DNA of 64,000 nt. Origin: the human T2T-CHM13v2.0 reference genome, Homo sapiens. The number at the start of each line of letters is the position of its first letter. Positions within the stretch are counted from its first letter, which is position 1. Below, one piece after another: positions 42,731-56,945 of the stretch. The stretch lies in the NCBI RefSeq assembly GCF_009914755.1, contig NC_060948.1, one strand, 5' to 3'. Both the position numbers and the translations under genes were made by a program. Under the pieces are notes generated by a model. It saw only the letters and a program-made list of their open reading frames with translations. It ran no database searches and had not been told where the DNA came from.

Positions 42731-45700
42731 GGCCTGGAATAAAGTGGAATGCTACGGTCTCGAATGGAATAAAAATGTATGGAATGGAATGCAATGAAAC
42801 GGAATCGAATGTCATAGAATGTAATGGAATGCAACAAAATGGAATCCAAAATCATTGACTGGAAAGGCTGGGTGTCGAAAGGAATTGACTCCAATGGAAT
42901 GGAATCGAATGGAATGGAAGTGAATAGAATCGAACTAAATCGAATGGAATGGAATTGATAGGAACGGAATGGAAAGGAATGCAATGATTTGGCATGGAAT
43001 GGAATCGAATGGCATCGAATGGAATGGAATGGAATGCAATGGAATGGAATGTATTAGAATGTAATGAACTTTAATGGAATGTACTCGAATGGATTCGACT
43101 GGAATGGAATGTTCTGGAAGTGAATGGACTCCAATGGAATGGATTCAAAAGGAATGGAATCGTACGGAATGGAATCTAATGGAATGGAATTAAATGGAAA
43201 TGAATCAAATTGAATAGCACGGAATTGAATTGAATGGAATGGAATGCAATGGAATCTAATGAAACGGAAAGGAAAGGAATGGAATGGAATGGAATGGGCT
43301 GGAATGGAAAGGAATCGAAACGAATGGAATGGAATCGAACTGAAGAGACTGGAATGGAATGCACTGGAATGGAAGGGAGTGTAATGGAAGGTTCTCGAAA
43401 AAAATGGAATCGAATGGAATGGAATTGAATGGAACGGAATAGAGTCGAATGGAATTGAATGGAATGGAATGGACTAGAGTGAAATGGAATCGAACCACAA
43501 GGAATGGACAGGAATAGAATGGTCTCGAATTGAATGGAATCGTATGGAATGGCATCAAACGGAATGGAATGGACAGCCACGGAATGGAATGCACTCGAAT
43601 GCAATGGAGTCGAAACTAATGGACTGGAATAGAATGGACTCGACTGGTACGGACTCCAATGGAATGGAATCGAATGGAAGGGAATCGAACGGAATGGACT
43701 CGAAGGGAAAAGACTGCAATGGAAAGGTCTCGAATGGAATGGAAATTAATGGAATGGAATGGAATCGAATGAAATGGAGTCAAAAGGAATGGAATCGAAT
43801 GGCAAGAAATCGAATGTAATGGAATCGCAAGGAATTGATGTGAACGGAACGGAATGGAATGGAATCCAAAGGAATGGAATAGAATGGAATGGAATCGAAT
43901 GGAAAGGACTCGAATGGAAATCACTCGAATAGAATGCAATTTAATAAAATAGGATCAAATGTAATGGAATGGAATGGAAAGGAATCGAAACGAAAGGAAT
44001 GGAGACAGATGGAATGGAATGGAACAGAGAGCAATGGTATAGAATGGAATGGAATCATCTGGAATGGAATTGAATGGAATGGAATAATATGAAATGGAAT
44101 GGAATGGAATGCCCTTGAATTAAATGGACTGGAATGGAATGGACTCGAACAGAGTGGAATGGAAAGTGTTGAGATAGAATGGAATGGACTCCTTTGGAAT
44201 GGTCTAGTATGCAATGCAATCGACTGTCAGGGAATCAAAAGGAAAGTAATCGAATGGATTGGACTGGAATGCAATGGACTCGAATAGATTGGAAACGGAA
44301 TGCAAAGGAATGGAATGGAATAGTATGGAATGGAATGGAAAGGAATGGAGTGGAATAGACTAGAGTGGAATGGAATGGACTGGAAAGCAATGGACTGGAA
44401 TGGAACTTTCTTGAATGGACTGGAATCAAACGGAATGGAATGCAATGCAATCAAATGGCATGGAATAAAATAGAATGAAAGAGAATCAAATGGAATTGAA
44501 TCGAATGGAATCGAATGGATTGTAAAGGAATAGAATGGAATGGAATGGAATTGACTCAAATGGAATGGACTAGAATGGAATGGATTCGAATGGAAGGCAA
44601 AGGAATGGAATCTATTGGAATGGACTGTAATGGAATGGAATGGAAGGGATTGGAATGGACTCGAATGGAATGGACTGCAATAGAAAGGATTCGAATGGAA
44701 TGAAAAAGAATTGAATGGAATAGAACAGAATGGAATCAAATCGAATGAAATGGAATGGAATAGAAAGGAATGGAATGAAATGGAATGGAAAGGATTCGAA
44801 TGGAATGCAATCGAATGGAATGGAATCGAACGGAATGGAATAAAATGGAAGAAAACTGGCAAGAAATGGAATCGAAATGAATGGAGTGTTATGGAACGGA
44901 CTCAAAAGGAATTGAATGTAATAGAATGGAGTGGAGTGGACTCGAATATAATGGACTGGAATGGAATGAAATCACATGGAATGGGAACGAATGGAATGGA
45001 ATGGAAAGGAATGGAATCGAATGGAAAGGAATCGAATGGAAGGGAATGAAATTGAATCAACAGGAATGGAAGGGAATAGAATAGACGGTAATGGAATGGA
45101 CTCGAATAGAATGGACACGAATGCTCAAATTGAATGGATTCGAATGGAATGGAAACGAAAGGAATGTCATCGAATGGAATTGAATCGATTGGAATGAAAT
45201 CGCATAGAATGGAGTGGAATCAAATGGAATTGAATCGAAAGGAAAGGAAGCGAATGGACTGAAATGAAATGGAATGGAATTGAATGGAAAGTAATGCAAT
45301 GGAATAGAATGGAACGAAATTTCACGGAATGGAATCAAACTGAATGGAATCAAATCAATGGAATCTAATCAAATGGAATGGAAAGGAATTGAATGGAGTA
45401 GATTGGATTGGATGGGATTGGAATGAAATGTACTGGAAAGGACTCGAATTTCATGAAACGGAATGGAATGAATTGGAACGGAATGGACTCGAATGGAATG
45501 GAATGTCATGGAATGGCATCGAATGGAATGGCATCAAATGGAATGGAATCGAATGCAATGGAATGTTATGGAATGGAATGGAATGCATTGGAATGGAATG
45601 TCCTCTAATGGAATGGATTCGAGTGGAATGGAATCGAATATAATGGAGTCGAATGAAATGGAATTGAAAGGAATGGGATCGAATAGAATGGAATATACTG

Positions 45701-46274
45701 GAATGTAATGTAATGAACACGAATGTAATTGACTGGAATGGAATGTACATGAATGGAAGGTAATCGAATGGAAAGTAATCCAATGGAATAGAATCTAATG
45801 CAATAAAACCGAATCAGATAGAGTAGAATGTAATGGAATGGAGTGCAGTGCAATGGAATGGAATGGAATTGAATGCAATGGAATGGAATGGAATGGAATG
45901 GAATGGAATGGAATGGAATGGTATGGAAAGGATAGTAATGGACTGGAGTGAAATGGACTGGAAAGGAATGGACTCAAATTGTAAGGGCTCGAAAGGAATG
46001 GAGTCAAATGGAATGGTCTGGAATGGAATGAACACGAATGTAATGCAATCCAATAGAATGGAATCGAATGGCATGGAATATAAAGAAATGGAATCGAAGA
46101 GAATGGAAACAAATGGAATGGAATTGAATGGAATGGAATTGAATGGAATGGGAACGAATGGAGTGAAATTGTATGCAGTAGAAGGGAATAGAATGGAATG
46201 CAAGCGAAAGGAAAGGAATGGATTGGAATGGAATGGAATTCATTGGAATGGAAGGGAATGTAGTGTAATGGACA
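42731..46274 (+). repeat. DYZ1 unit 13 (3544 bp), central type
   Basis: GGCC at 42731 and 46275; tract A=3. Confidence 0.9.
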
Positions 46275-49200
46275 GGCCTGGAATAAAGTGGAATGCTACG
46301 GTCTCGAATGGAATAAAAATGTATGGAATGGAATGCAATGAAACGGAATCGAATGTCATAGAATGTAATGGAATGCAACAAAATGGAATCCAAAATCATT
46401 GACTGGAAAGGCTGGGTGTCGAAAGGAATTGACTCCAATGGAATGGAATCGAATGGAATGGAAGTGAATAGAATCGAACTAAATCGAATGGAATGGAATT
46501 GATAGGAACGGAATGGAAAGGAATGCAATGATTTGGCATGGAATGGAATCGAATGGCATCGAATGGAATGGAATGGAATGCAATGGAATGGAATGTATTA
46601 GAATGGAATGAACTTTAATGGAATGTACTCGAATGGATTCGACTGGAATGGAATGTTCTGGAAGTGAATGGACTCCAATGGAATGGATTCAAAAGGAATG
46701 GAATCGTACGGAATGGAATCTAATGGAATGGAATTAAATGGAAATGAATCAAATTGAATAGCACGGAATTGAATTGAATGGAATGGAATGCAATGGAATC
46801 TAATGAAACGGAAAGGAAAGGAATGGAATGGAATGGAATGGGCTGGAATGGAAAGGAATCGAAACGAATGGAATGGAATCGAACTGAAGAGACTGGAATG
46901 GAATGCACTGGAATGGAAGGGAGTGTAATGGAAGGTTCTCGAAAAAATGGAATCGAATGGAATGGAATTGAATGGAACGGAATAGAGTCGAATGGAATTG
47001 AATGGAATGGAATGGACTAGAGTGAAATGGAATCGAACCACAAGGAATGGACAGGAATAGAATGGTCTCGAATTGAATGGAATCGTATGGAATGGCATCA
47101 AACGGAATGGAATGGACAGCCACGGAATGGAATGCACTCGAATGCAATGGAGTCGAAACTAATGGACTGGAATAGAATGGACTCGACTGGTACGGACTCC
47201 AATGGAATGGAATCGAATGGAAGGGAATCGAACGGAATGGACTCGAAGGGAAAAGACTGCAATGGAAAGGTCTCGAGTGGAATGGAAATTAATGGAATGG
47301 AATGGAATCGAATGAAATGGAGTCAAAAGGAATGGAATCGAATGGCAAGAAATCGAATGTAATGGAATCGCAAGGAATTGATGTGAACGGAACGGAATGG
47401 AATGGAATCCAAAGGAATGGAATAGAATGGAATGGAATCGAATGGAAAGGACTCGAATGGAAATCACTCGAATAGAATGCAATTTAATAAAATAGGATCA
47501 AATGTAATGGAATGGAATGGAAAGGAATCGAAACGAAAGGAATGGAGACAGATGGAATGGAATGGAACAGAGAGCAATGGTATAGAATGGAATGGAATCA
47601 TCTGGAATGGAATTGAATGGAATGGAATAATATGAAATGGAATGGAATGGAATGGAATGGAATGCCCTTGAATTAAATGGACTGGAATGGAATGGACTCG
47701 AACAGAGTGGAATGGAAAGTGTTGAGATAGAATGGAATGGACTCCTTTGGAATGGTCTAGTATGCAATGCAATCGACTGTCAGGGAATCAAAAGGAATGT
47801 AATCGAATGGATTGGACTGGAATGCAATGGACTCGAATAGATTGGAAACGGAATGCAAAGGAATGGAATGGAATAGTATGGAATGGAATGGAAAGGAATG
47901 GAGTGGAATAGACTAGAGTGGAATGGAATGGACTGGAAAGCAATGGACTGGAATGGAACTTTCTTGAATGGACTGGAATCAAACGGAATGGAATGCAATG
48001 CAATCAAATGGCATGGAATAAAATAGAATGAAAGAGAATCAAATGGAATTGAATCGAATGGAATCGAATGGATTGTAAAGGAATAGAATGGAATGGAATG
48101 GAATTGACTCAAATGGAATGGACTAGAATGGAATGGATTCGAATGGAAGGCAAAGGAATGGAATCTATTGGAATGGACTGTAATGGAATGGAATGGAAGG
48201 GATTGGAATGGACTCGAATGGAATGGACTGCAATAGAAAGGATTCGAATGGAATGAAAAAGAATTGAATGGAATAGAACAGAATGGAATCAAATCGAATG
48301 AAATGGAATGGAATAGAAAGGAATGGAATGAAATGGAATGGAAAGGATTCGAATGGAATGCAATCGAATGGAATGGAATCGAACGGAATGGAATAAAATG
48401 GAAGAAAACTGGCAAGAAATGGAATCGAAATGAATGGAGTGTTATGGAACGGACTCAAAAGGAATTGAATGTAATAGAATGGAGTGGAGTGGACTCGAAT
48501 ATAATGGACTGGAATGGAATGAAATCACATGGAATGGGAACGAATGGAATGGAATGGAAAGGAATGGAATCGAATGGAAAGGAATCGAATGGAAGGGAAT
48601 GAAATTGAATCAACAGGAATGGAAGGGAATAGAATAGACGGTAATGGAATGGACTCGAATAGAATGGACACGAATGCTCAAATTGAATGGATTCGAATGG
48701 AATGGAAACGAAAGGAATGTCATCGAATGGAATTGAATCGATTGGAATGAAATCGCATAGAATGGAGTGGAATCAAATGGAATTGAATCGAAAGGAAAGG
48801 AAGCGAATGGACTGAAATGAAATGGAATGGAATTGAATGGAAAGTAATGCAATGGAATAGAATGGAACGAAATTTCACGGAATGGAATCAAACTGAATGG
48901 AATCAAATCAATGGAATCTAATCAAATGGAATGGAAAGGAATTGAATGGAGTAGATTGGATTGGATGGGATTGGAATGAAATGTACTGGAAAGGACTCGA
49001 ATTTCATGAAACGGAATGGAATGAATTGGAACGGAATGGACTCGAATGGAATGGAATGTCATGGAATGGCATCGAATGGAATGGCATCAAATGGAATGGA
49101 ATCGAATGCAATGGAATGTTATGGAATGGAATGGAATGCATTGGAATGGAATGTCCTCTAATGGAATGGATTCGAGTGGAATGGAATCGAATATAATGGA

Positions 49201-49827
49201 GTCGAATGAAATGGAATTGAAAGGAATGGGATCGAATAGAATGGAATATACTGGAATGTAATGTAATGAACACGAATGTAATTGACTGGAATGGAATGTA
49301 CATGAATGGAAGGTAATCGAATGGAAAGTAATCCAATGGAATAGAATCTAATGCAATAAAACCGAATCAGATAGAGTAGAATGTAATGGAATGGAGTGCA
49401 GTGCAATGGAATGGAATGGAATTGAATGCAATGGAATGGAATGGAATGGAATGGAATGGAATGGAATGGAATGGTATGGAATGGATAGTAATGGACTGGA
49501 GTGAAATGGACTGGAAAGGAATGGACTCAAATTGAAAGGGCTCGAAAGGAATGGAGTCAAATGGAATGGTCTGGAATGGAATGAACACGAATGTAATGCA
49601 ATCCAATAGAATGGAATCGAATGGCATGGAATATAAAGAAATGGAATCGAAGAGAATGGAAACAAATGGAATGGAATTGAATGGAATGGAATTGAATGGA
49701 ATGGGAACGAATGGAGTGAAATTGTATGCAGTAGAAGGGAATAGAATGGAATGCAAGCGAAAGGAAAGGAATGGATTGGAATGGAATGGAATTCATTGGA
49801 ATGGAAGGGAATGTAGTGTAATGGACA
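46275..49827 (+). repeat. DYZ1 unit 14 (3553 bp), central type
   Basis: GGCC at 46275 and 49828; A7 to A6 at 46942-46947. Confidence 0.9.
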
Positions 49828-52800
49828 GGCCTGGAATAAAGTGGAATGCTACGGTCTCGAATGGAATAAAAATGTATGGAATGGAATGCAATGAAACGGA
49901 ATCGAATGTCATAGAATGTAATGGAATGCAACAAAATGGAATCCAAAATCATTGACTGGAAAGGCTGGGTGTCGAAAGGAATTGACTCCAATGGAATGGA
50001 ATCGAATGGAATGGAAGTGAATAGAATCGAACTAAATCGAATGGAATGGAATTGATAGGAACGGAATGGAAAGGAATGCAATGATTTGGCATGGAATGGA
50101 ATCGAATGGCATCGAATGGAATGGAATGGAATGCAATGGAATGGAATGTATTAGAATGGAATGAACTTTAATGGAATGTACTCGAATGGATTCGACTGGA
50201 ATGGAATGTTCTGGAAGTGAATGGACTCCAATGGAATGGATTCAAAAGGAATGGAATCGTACGGAATGGAATCTAATGGAATGGAATTAAATGGAAATGA
50301 ATCAAATTGAATAGCACGGAATTGAATTGAATGGAATGGAATGCAATGGAATCTAATGAAACGGAAAGGAAAGGAATGGAATGGAATGGAATGGGCTGGA
50401 ATGGAAAGGAATCGAAACGAATGGAATGGAATCGAACTGAAGAGACTGGAATGGAATGCACTGGAATGGAAGGGAGTGTAATGGAAGGTTCTCGAAAAAA
50501 ATGGAATCGAATGGAATGGAATTGAATGGAACGGAATAGAGTCGAATGGAATTGAATGGAATGGAATGGACTAGAGTGAAATGGAATCGAACCACAAGGA
50601 ATGGACAGGAATAGAATGGTCTCGAATTGAATGGAATCGTATGGAATGACATCAAACGGAATGGAATGGACAGCCACGGAATGGAATGCACTCGAATGCA
50701 ATGGAGTCGAAACTAATGGACTGGAATAGAATGGACTCGACTGGTACGGACTCCAATGGAATGGAATCGAATGGAAGGGAATCGAACGGAATGGACTCGA
50801 AGGGAAAAGACTGCAATGGAAAGGTCTCGAATGGAATGGAAATTAATGGAATGGAATGGAATCGAATGAAATGGAGTCAAAAGGAATGGAATCGAATGGC
50901 AAGAAATCGAATGTAATGGAATCGCAAGGAATTGATGTGAACGGAACGGAATGGAATGGAATCCAAAGGAATGGAATAGAATGGAATGGAATCGAATGGA
51001 AAGGACTCGAATGGCAATCACTCGAATAGAATGCAATTTAATAAAATAGGATCAAATGTAATGGAATGGAATGGAAAGGAATCGAAACGAAAGGAATGGA
51101 GACAGATGGAATGGAATGGAACAGAGAGCAATGGTATAGAATGGAATGGAATCATCTGGAATGGAATTGAATGGAATGGAATAATATGAAATGGAATGGA
51201 ATGGAATGGAATGGAATGCCCTTGAATTAAATGGACTGGAATGGAATGGACTCGAACAGAGTGGAATGGAAAGTGTTGAGATAGAATGGAATGGACTCCT
51301 TTGGAATGGTCTAGTATGCAATGCAATCGACTGTCAGGGAATCAAAAGGAATGTAATCGAATGGATTGGACTGGAATGCAATGGACTCGAATAGATTGGA
51401 AACGGGATGCAAAGGAATGGAATGGAATAGTATGGAATGGAATGGAAAGGAATGGAGTGGAATAGACTAGAGTGGAATGGAATGGACTGGAAAGCAATGG
51501 ACTGGAATGGAACTTTCTTGAATGGACTGGAATCAAACGGAATGGAATGCAATGCAATCAAATGGCATGGAATAAAATAGAATGAAAGAGAATCAAATGG
51601 AATTGAATCGAATGGAATCGAATGGATTGTAAAGGAATAGAATGGAATGGAATGGAATTGACTCAAATGGAATGGACTAGAATGGAATGGATTCGAATGG
51701 AAGGCAAAGGAATGGAATCTATTGGAATGGACTGTAATGGAATGGAATGGAAGGGATTGGAATGGACTCGAATGGAATGGACTGCAATAGAAAGGATTCG
51801 AATGGAATGAAAAAGAATTGAATGGAATAGAACAGAATGGAATCAAATCGAATGAAATGGAATGGAATAGAAAGGAATGGAATGAAATGGAATGGAAAGG
51901 ATTCGAATGGAATGCAATCGAATGGAATGGAATCGAACGGAATGGAATAAAATGGAAGAAAACTGGCAAGAAATGGAATCGAAATGAATGGAGTGTTATG
52001 GAACGGACTCAAAAGGAATTGAATGTAATAGAATGGAGTGGAGTGGACTCGAATATAATGGACTGGAATGGAATGAAATCACATGGAATGGGAACGAATG
52101 GAATGGAATGGAAAGGAATGGAATCGAATGGAAAGGAATCGAATGGAAGGGAATGAAATTGAATCAACAGGAATGGAAGGGAATAGAATAGACGGTAATG
52201 GAATGGACTCGAATAGAATGGACACGAATGCTCAAATTGAATGGATTCGAATGGAATGGAAACGAAAGGAATGTCATCGAATGGAATTGAATCGATTGGA
52301 ATGAAATCGCATAGAATGGAGTGGAATCAAATGGAATTGAATCGAAAGGAAAGGAAGCGAATGGACTGAAATGAAATGGAATGGAATTGAATGGAAAGTA
52401 ATGCAATGGAATAGAATGGAACGAAATTTCACGGAATGGAATCAAACTGAATGGAATCAAATCAATGGAATCTAATCAAATGGAATGGAAAGGAATTGAA
52501 TGGAGTAGATTGGATTGGATGGGATTGGAATGAAATGTACTGGAAAGGACTCGAATTTCATGAAACGGAATGGAATGAATTGGAACGGAATGGACTCGAA
52601 TGGAATGGAATGTCATGGAATGGCATCGAATGGAATGGCATCAAATGGAATGGAATCGAATGCAATGGAATGTTATGGAATGGAATGGAATGCATTGGAA
52701 TGGAATGTCCTCTAATGGAATGGATTCGAGTGGAATGGAATCGAATATAATGGAGTCGAATGAAATGGAATTGAAAGGAATGGGATCGAATAGAATGGAA

Positions 52801-53391
52801 TATACTGGAATGTAATGTAATGAACACGAATGTAATTGACTGGAATGGAATGTACATGAATGGAAGGTAATCGAATGGAAAGTAATCCAATGGAATAGAA
52901 TCTAATGCAATAAAACCGAATCAGATAGAGTAGAATGTAATGGAATGGAGTGCAGTGCAATGGAATGGAATGGAATTGAATGCAATGGAATGGAATGGAA
53001 TGGAATGGAATGGAATGGAATGGAATGGAATGGAATGGTATGGAAAGGATAGTAATGGACTGGAGTGAAATGGACTGGAAAGGAATGGACTCAAATTGAA
53101 AGGGCTCGAAAGGAATGGAGTCAAATGGAATGGTCTGGAATGGAATGAACACGAATGTAATGCAATCCAATAGAATGGAATCGAATGGCATGGAATATAA
53201 AGAAATGGAATCGAAGAGAATGGAAACAAATGGAATGGAATTGAATGGAATGGAATTGAATGGAATGGGAACGAATGGAGTGAAATTGTATGCAGTAGAA
53301 GGGAATAGAATGGAATGCAAGCGAAAGGAAAGGAATGGATTGGAATGGAATGGAATTCATTGGAATGGAAGGGAATGTAGTGTAATGGACA
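49828..53391 (+). repeat. DYZ1 unit 15 (3564 bp), central type
   Basis: GGCC at 49828 and 53392; tract B=10. Confidence 0.9.
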
Positions 53392-56300
53392 GGCCTGGAA
53401 TAAAGTGGAATGCTACGGTCTCGAATGGAATAAAAATGTATGGAATGGAATGCAATGAAACGGAATCGAATGTCATAGAATGTAATGGAATGCAACAAAA
53501 TGGAATCCAAAATCATTGACTGGAAAGGCTGGGTGTCGAAAGGAATTGACTCCAATGGAATGGAATCGAATGGAATGGAAGTGAATAGAATCGAACTAAA
53601 TCGAATGGAATGGAATTGATAGGAACGGAATGGAAAGGAATGCAATGATTTGGCATGGAATGGAATCGAATGGCATCGAATGGAATGGAATGGAATGCAA
53701 TGGAATGGAATGTATTAGAATGGAATGAACTTTAATGGAATGTACTCGAATGGATTCGACTGGAATGGAATGTTCTGGAAGTGAATGGACTCCAATGGAA
53801 TGGATTCAAAAGGAATGGAATCGTACGGAATGGAATCTAATGGAATGGAATTAAATGGAAATGAATCAAATTGAATAGCACGGAATTGAATTGAATGGAA
53901 TGGAATGCAATGGAATCTAATGAAACGGAAAGGAAAGGAATGGAATGGAATGGAATGGGCTGGAATGGAAAGGAATCGAAACGAATGGAATGGAATCGAA
54001 CTGAAGAGACTGGAATGGAATGCACTGGAATGGAAGGGAGTGTAATGGAAGGTTCTCGAAAAAAATGGAATCGAATGGAATGGAATTGAATGGAACGGAA
54101 TAGAGTCGAATGGAATTGAATGGAATGGAATGGACTAGAGTGAAATGGAATCGAACCACAAGGAATGGACAGGAATAGAATGGTCTCGAATTGAATGGAA
54201 TCGTATGGAATGGCATCAAACGGAATGGAATGGACAGCCACGGAATGGAATGCACTCGAATGCAATGGAGTCGAAACTAATGGACTGGAATAGAATGGAC
54301 TCGACTGGTACGGACTCCAATGGAATGGAATCGAATGGAAGGGAATCGAACGGAATGGACTCGAAGGGAAAAGACTGCAATGGAAAGGTCTCGAATGGAA
54401 TGGAAATTAATGGAATGGAATGGAATCGAATGAAATGGAGTCAAAAGGAATGGAATCGAATGGCAAGAAATCGAATGTAATGGAATCGCAAGGAATTGAT
54501 GTGAACGGAACGGAATGGAATGGAATCCAAAGGAATGGAATAGAATGGAATGGAATCGAATGGAAAGGACTCGAATGGAAATCACTCGAATAGAATGCAA
54601 TTTAATAAAATAGGATCAAATGTAATGGAATGGAATGGAAAGGAATCGAAACGAAAGAAATGGAGACAGATGGAATGGAATAGAACAGAGAGCAATGGTA
54701 TAGAATGGAATGGAATCATCTGGAATGGAATTGAATGGAATGGAATAATATGAAATGGAATGGAATGGAATGGAATGGAATGCCCTTGAATTAAATGGAC
54801 TGGAATGGAATGGACTCGAACAGAGTGGAATGGAAAGTGTTGAGATAGAATGGAATGGACTCCTTTGGAATGGTGTAGTATGCAATGCAATCGACTGGCA
54901 GGGAATCAAAAGGAATGTAATGGAATGGACTGGACTGGAATGCAATGGACTCGAATAGATTGGAAACGGAATGCAAAGGAATGGAATGGAATAGTATGGA
55001 ATGGAATGGAAAGGAATGGAGTGGAATAGACTAGAGTGGAATGGAATGGACTGGAAAGCAACGGACTGGAATGGATCTTTCTTGAATGGACTGGAATCAA
55101 TCGGAATGGAATGCAATGCAATCAAATGGCATGGAATAAAATAGAATGAAAGAGAATCAAATGGAATTGAATCGAATGGAATCGAATGGATTGGAAAGGA
55201 ATAGAATGGAATGGAATGGAATTGACTCAAATGGAATGGACTAGAATGGAATGGATTCGAATGGAAGGCAAAGGAATGGAATCTATTGGAATGGACTGTA
55301 ATGGAATGGAATGGAAGGGATTGGAATGGACTCGAATGGAATGGACTGCAATAGAAAGGATTCGAATGGAATGAAAAAGAATTGAATGGAATAGAACAGA
55401 ATGGAATCAAATCGAATGAAATGGAATGGAATAGAAAGGAATGGAATGAAATGGAATGGAAAGGATTCGAATGGAATGCAATCGAATGGAATGGAATCGA
55501 ACGGAATGGAATAAAATGGAAGAAAACTGGCAAGAAATGGAATCGAAATGAATGGAGAGTTATGGAACGGACTCAAAAGGAATTGAATGTAATAGAATGG
55601 AGTGGAGTGGACTCGAATATAATGGACTGGAATGGAATGAAATCACATGGAATGGGAACGAATGGAATGGAATGGAAAGGAATGGAATCGAATGGAAAGG
55701 AATCGAATGGAAGGGAATGAAATTGAATCAACAGGAATGGAAGGGAATAGAATAGACGGTAATGGAATGGACTCGAATAGAATGGACACGAATGCTCAAA
55801 TTGAATGGACTCGAATGGAATGGAAACGAAAGGAATGTCATCGAATGGAATTGAATCGATTGGAATGAAATCGCATAGAATGGAGTGGAATCAAATGGAA
55901 TTGAATCGAAAGGAAAGGAAGCGAATGGACTGAAATGAAATGGAATGGAATTGAATAGAAAGTAATGCAATGGAATAGAATGGAACGAAATTTCACGGAA
56001 TGGAATCAAACTGAATGGAATCAAATCAATGGAATCCAATCAAATGGAATGGAGTAGATTGGATTGGATGGGATTGGAATGAAATGTACTGGAAAGGACT
56101 CGAATTTCATGAAACGGAATGCAATGAATTGGAACGGAATGGACTCGAATGGAATGGAATGTCATAGAATGGCATCAAATGGATTGGCATCAAATGGAAT
56201 GGAATAGAATGCAATAGAATGCTATGGAATGGAATGGAATGCATTGGAATGGAATGTCCTCTAATGGAATGGATTCGAATGGAATGGAATCGAATATAAT

Positions 56301-56945
56301 GGAGTCGAATGAAATGGAATTGAAAGGAATGGGATCGAATACAATGGAATATACTGGAATGTAATGTAATGAACTCGAATGTAATTGACTGGAATGGAAT
56401 GTACATGAATGGAATGTAATCGAATGGAAAGTAATCCAATGGAATAGAATCTAATGCAATAAAATCGACTCAGATAGAGTAGAATGTAATGGAATGGAGT
56501 GCAGTGCAATGGAATGGAATGGAATGGAATGCAATGGAATGGAATGGAATGGAATGGAATGGAATGGAATGGAATGGAATGGGATGGAATGGTATGGAAT
56601 GGATAGTAATGGACTGGAGTGAAATGGACTGGAATGGAATGGACTCAAATTGAAAGGGCTAGAAAGGAATGGAGTCAAATGGAATGGTCTGGAATGGAAT
56701 GAACACGAATGTAATGCAATCCAATAGAATGGAATCGAATGGCATGGAATATAAAGAAATGGAATCGAAGAGAATGGAAACAAATGGAATGGAATTGAAT
56801 GGAATGGAATTGAATGGAATGGGAACGAATGGAGTGAAATTGTATGCAGTAGATGGGAATAGAATGGAATGCAAGCGAAAGGAAAGGAATGGATTGGAAT
56901 GGAATGGAATTCATTGGAATGGAAGGGAATGTAGTGTAATGGACA
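53392..56945 (+). repeat. DYZ1 unit 16 (3554 bp), chimeric central/flank type
   Basis: GGCC at 53392 and 56946; 15-bp deletion at ~56050 offset by tract B=11. Confidence 0.9.

Noticed and set aside
46942-46947. Single-A deletion in unit 14 that creates different or longer ORFs
   Set aside because: A homopolymer indel, possibly a sequencing error; the ORF change has no meaning in satellite DNA.
7141-53391. Possible 5-unit (~17.8 kb) super-period: lengths 3554/3564/3569 repeat at units 3-5 and 8-10, and tract B=10 at units 5, 10 and 15
   Set aside because: The two 3564-bp units arise from different indels, and variants X, Y, Z and W do not follow a period of 5.
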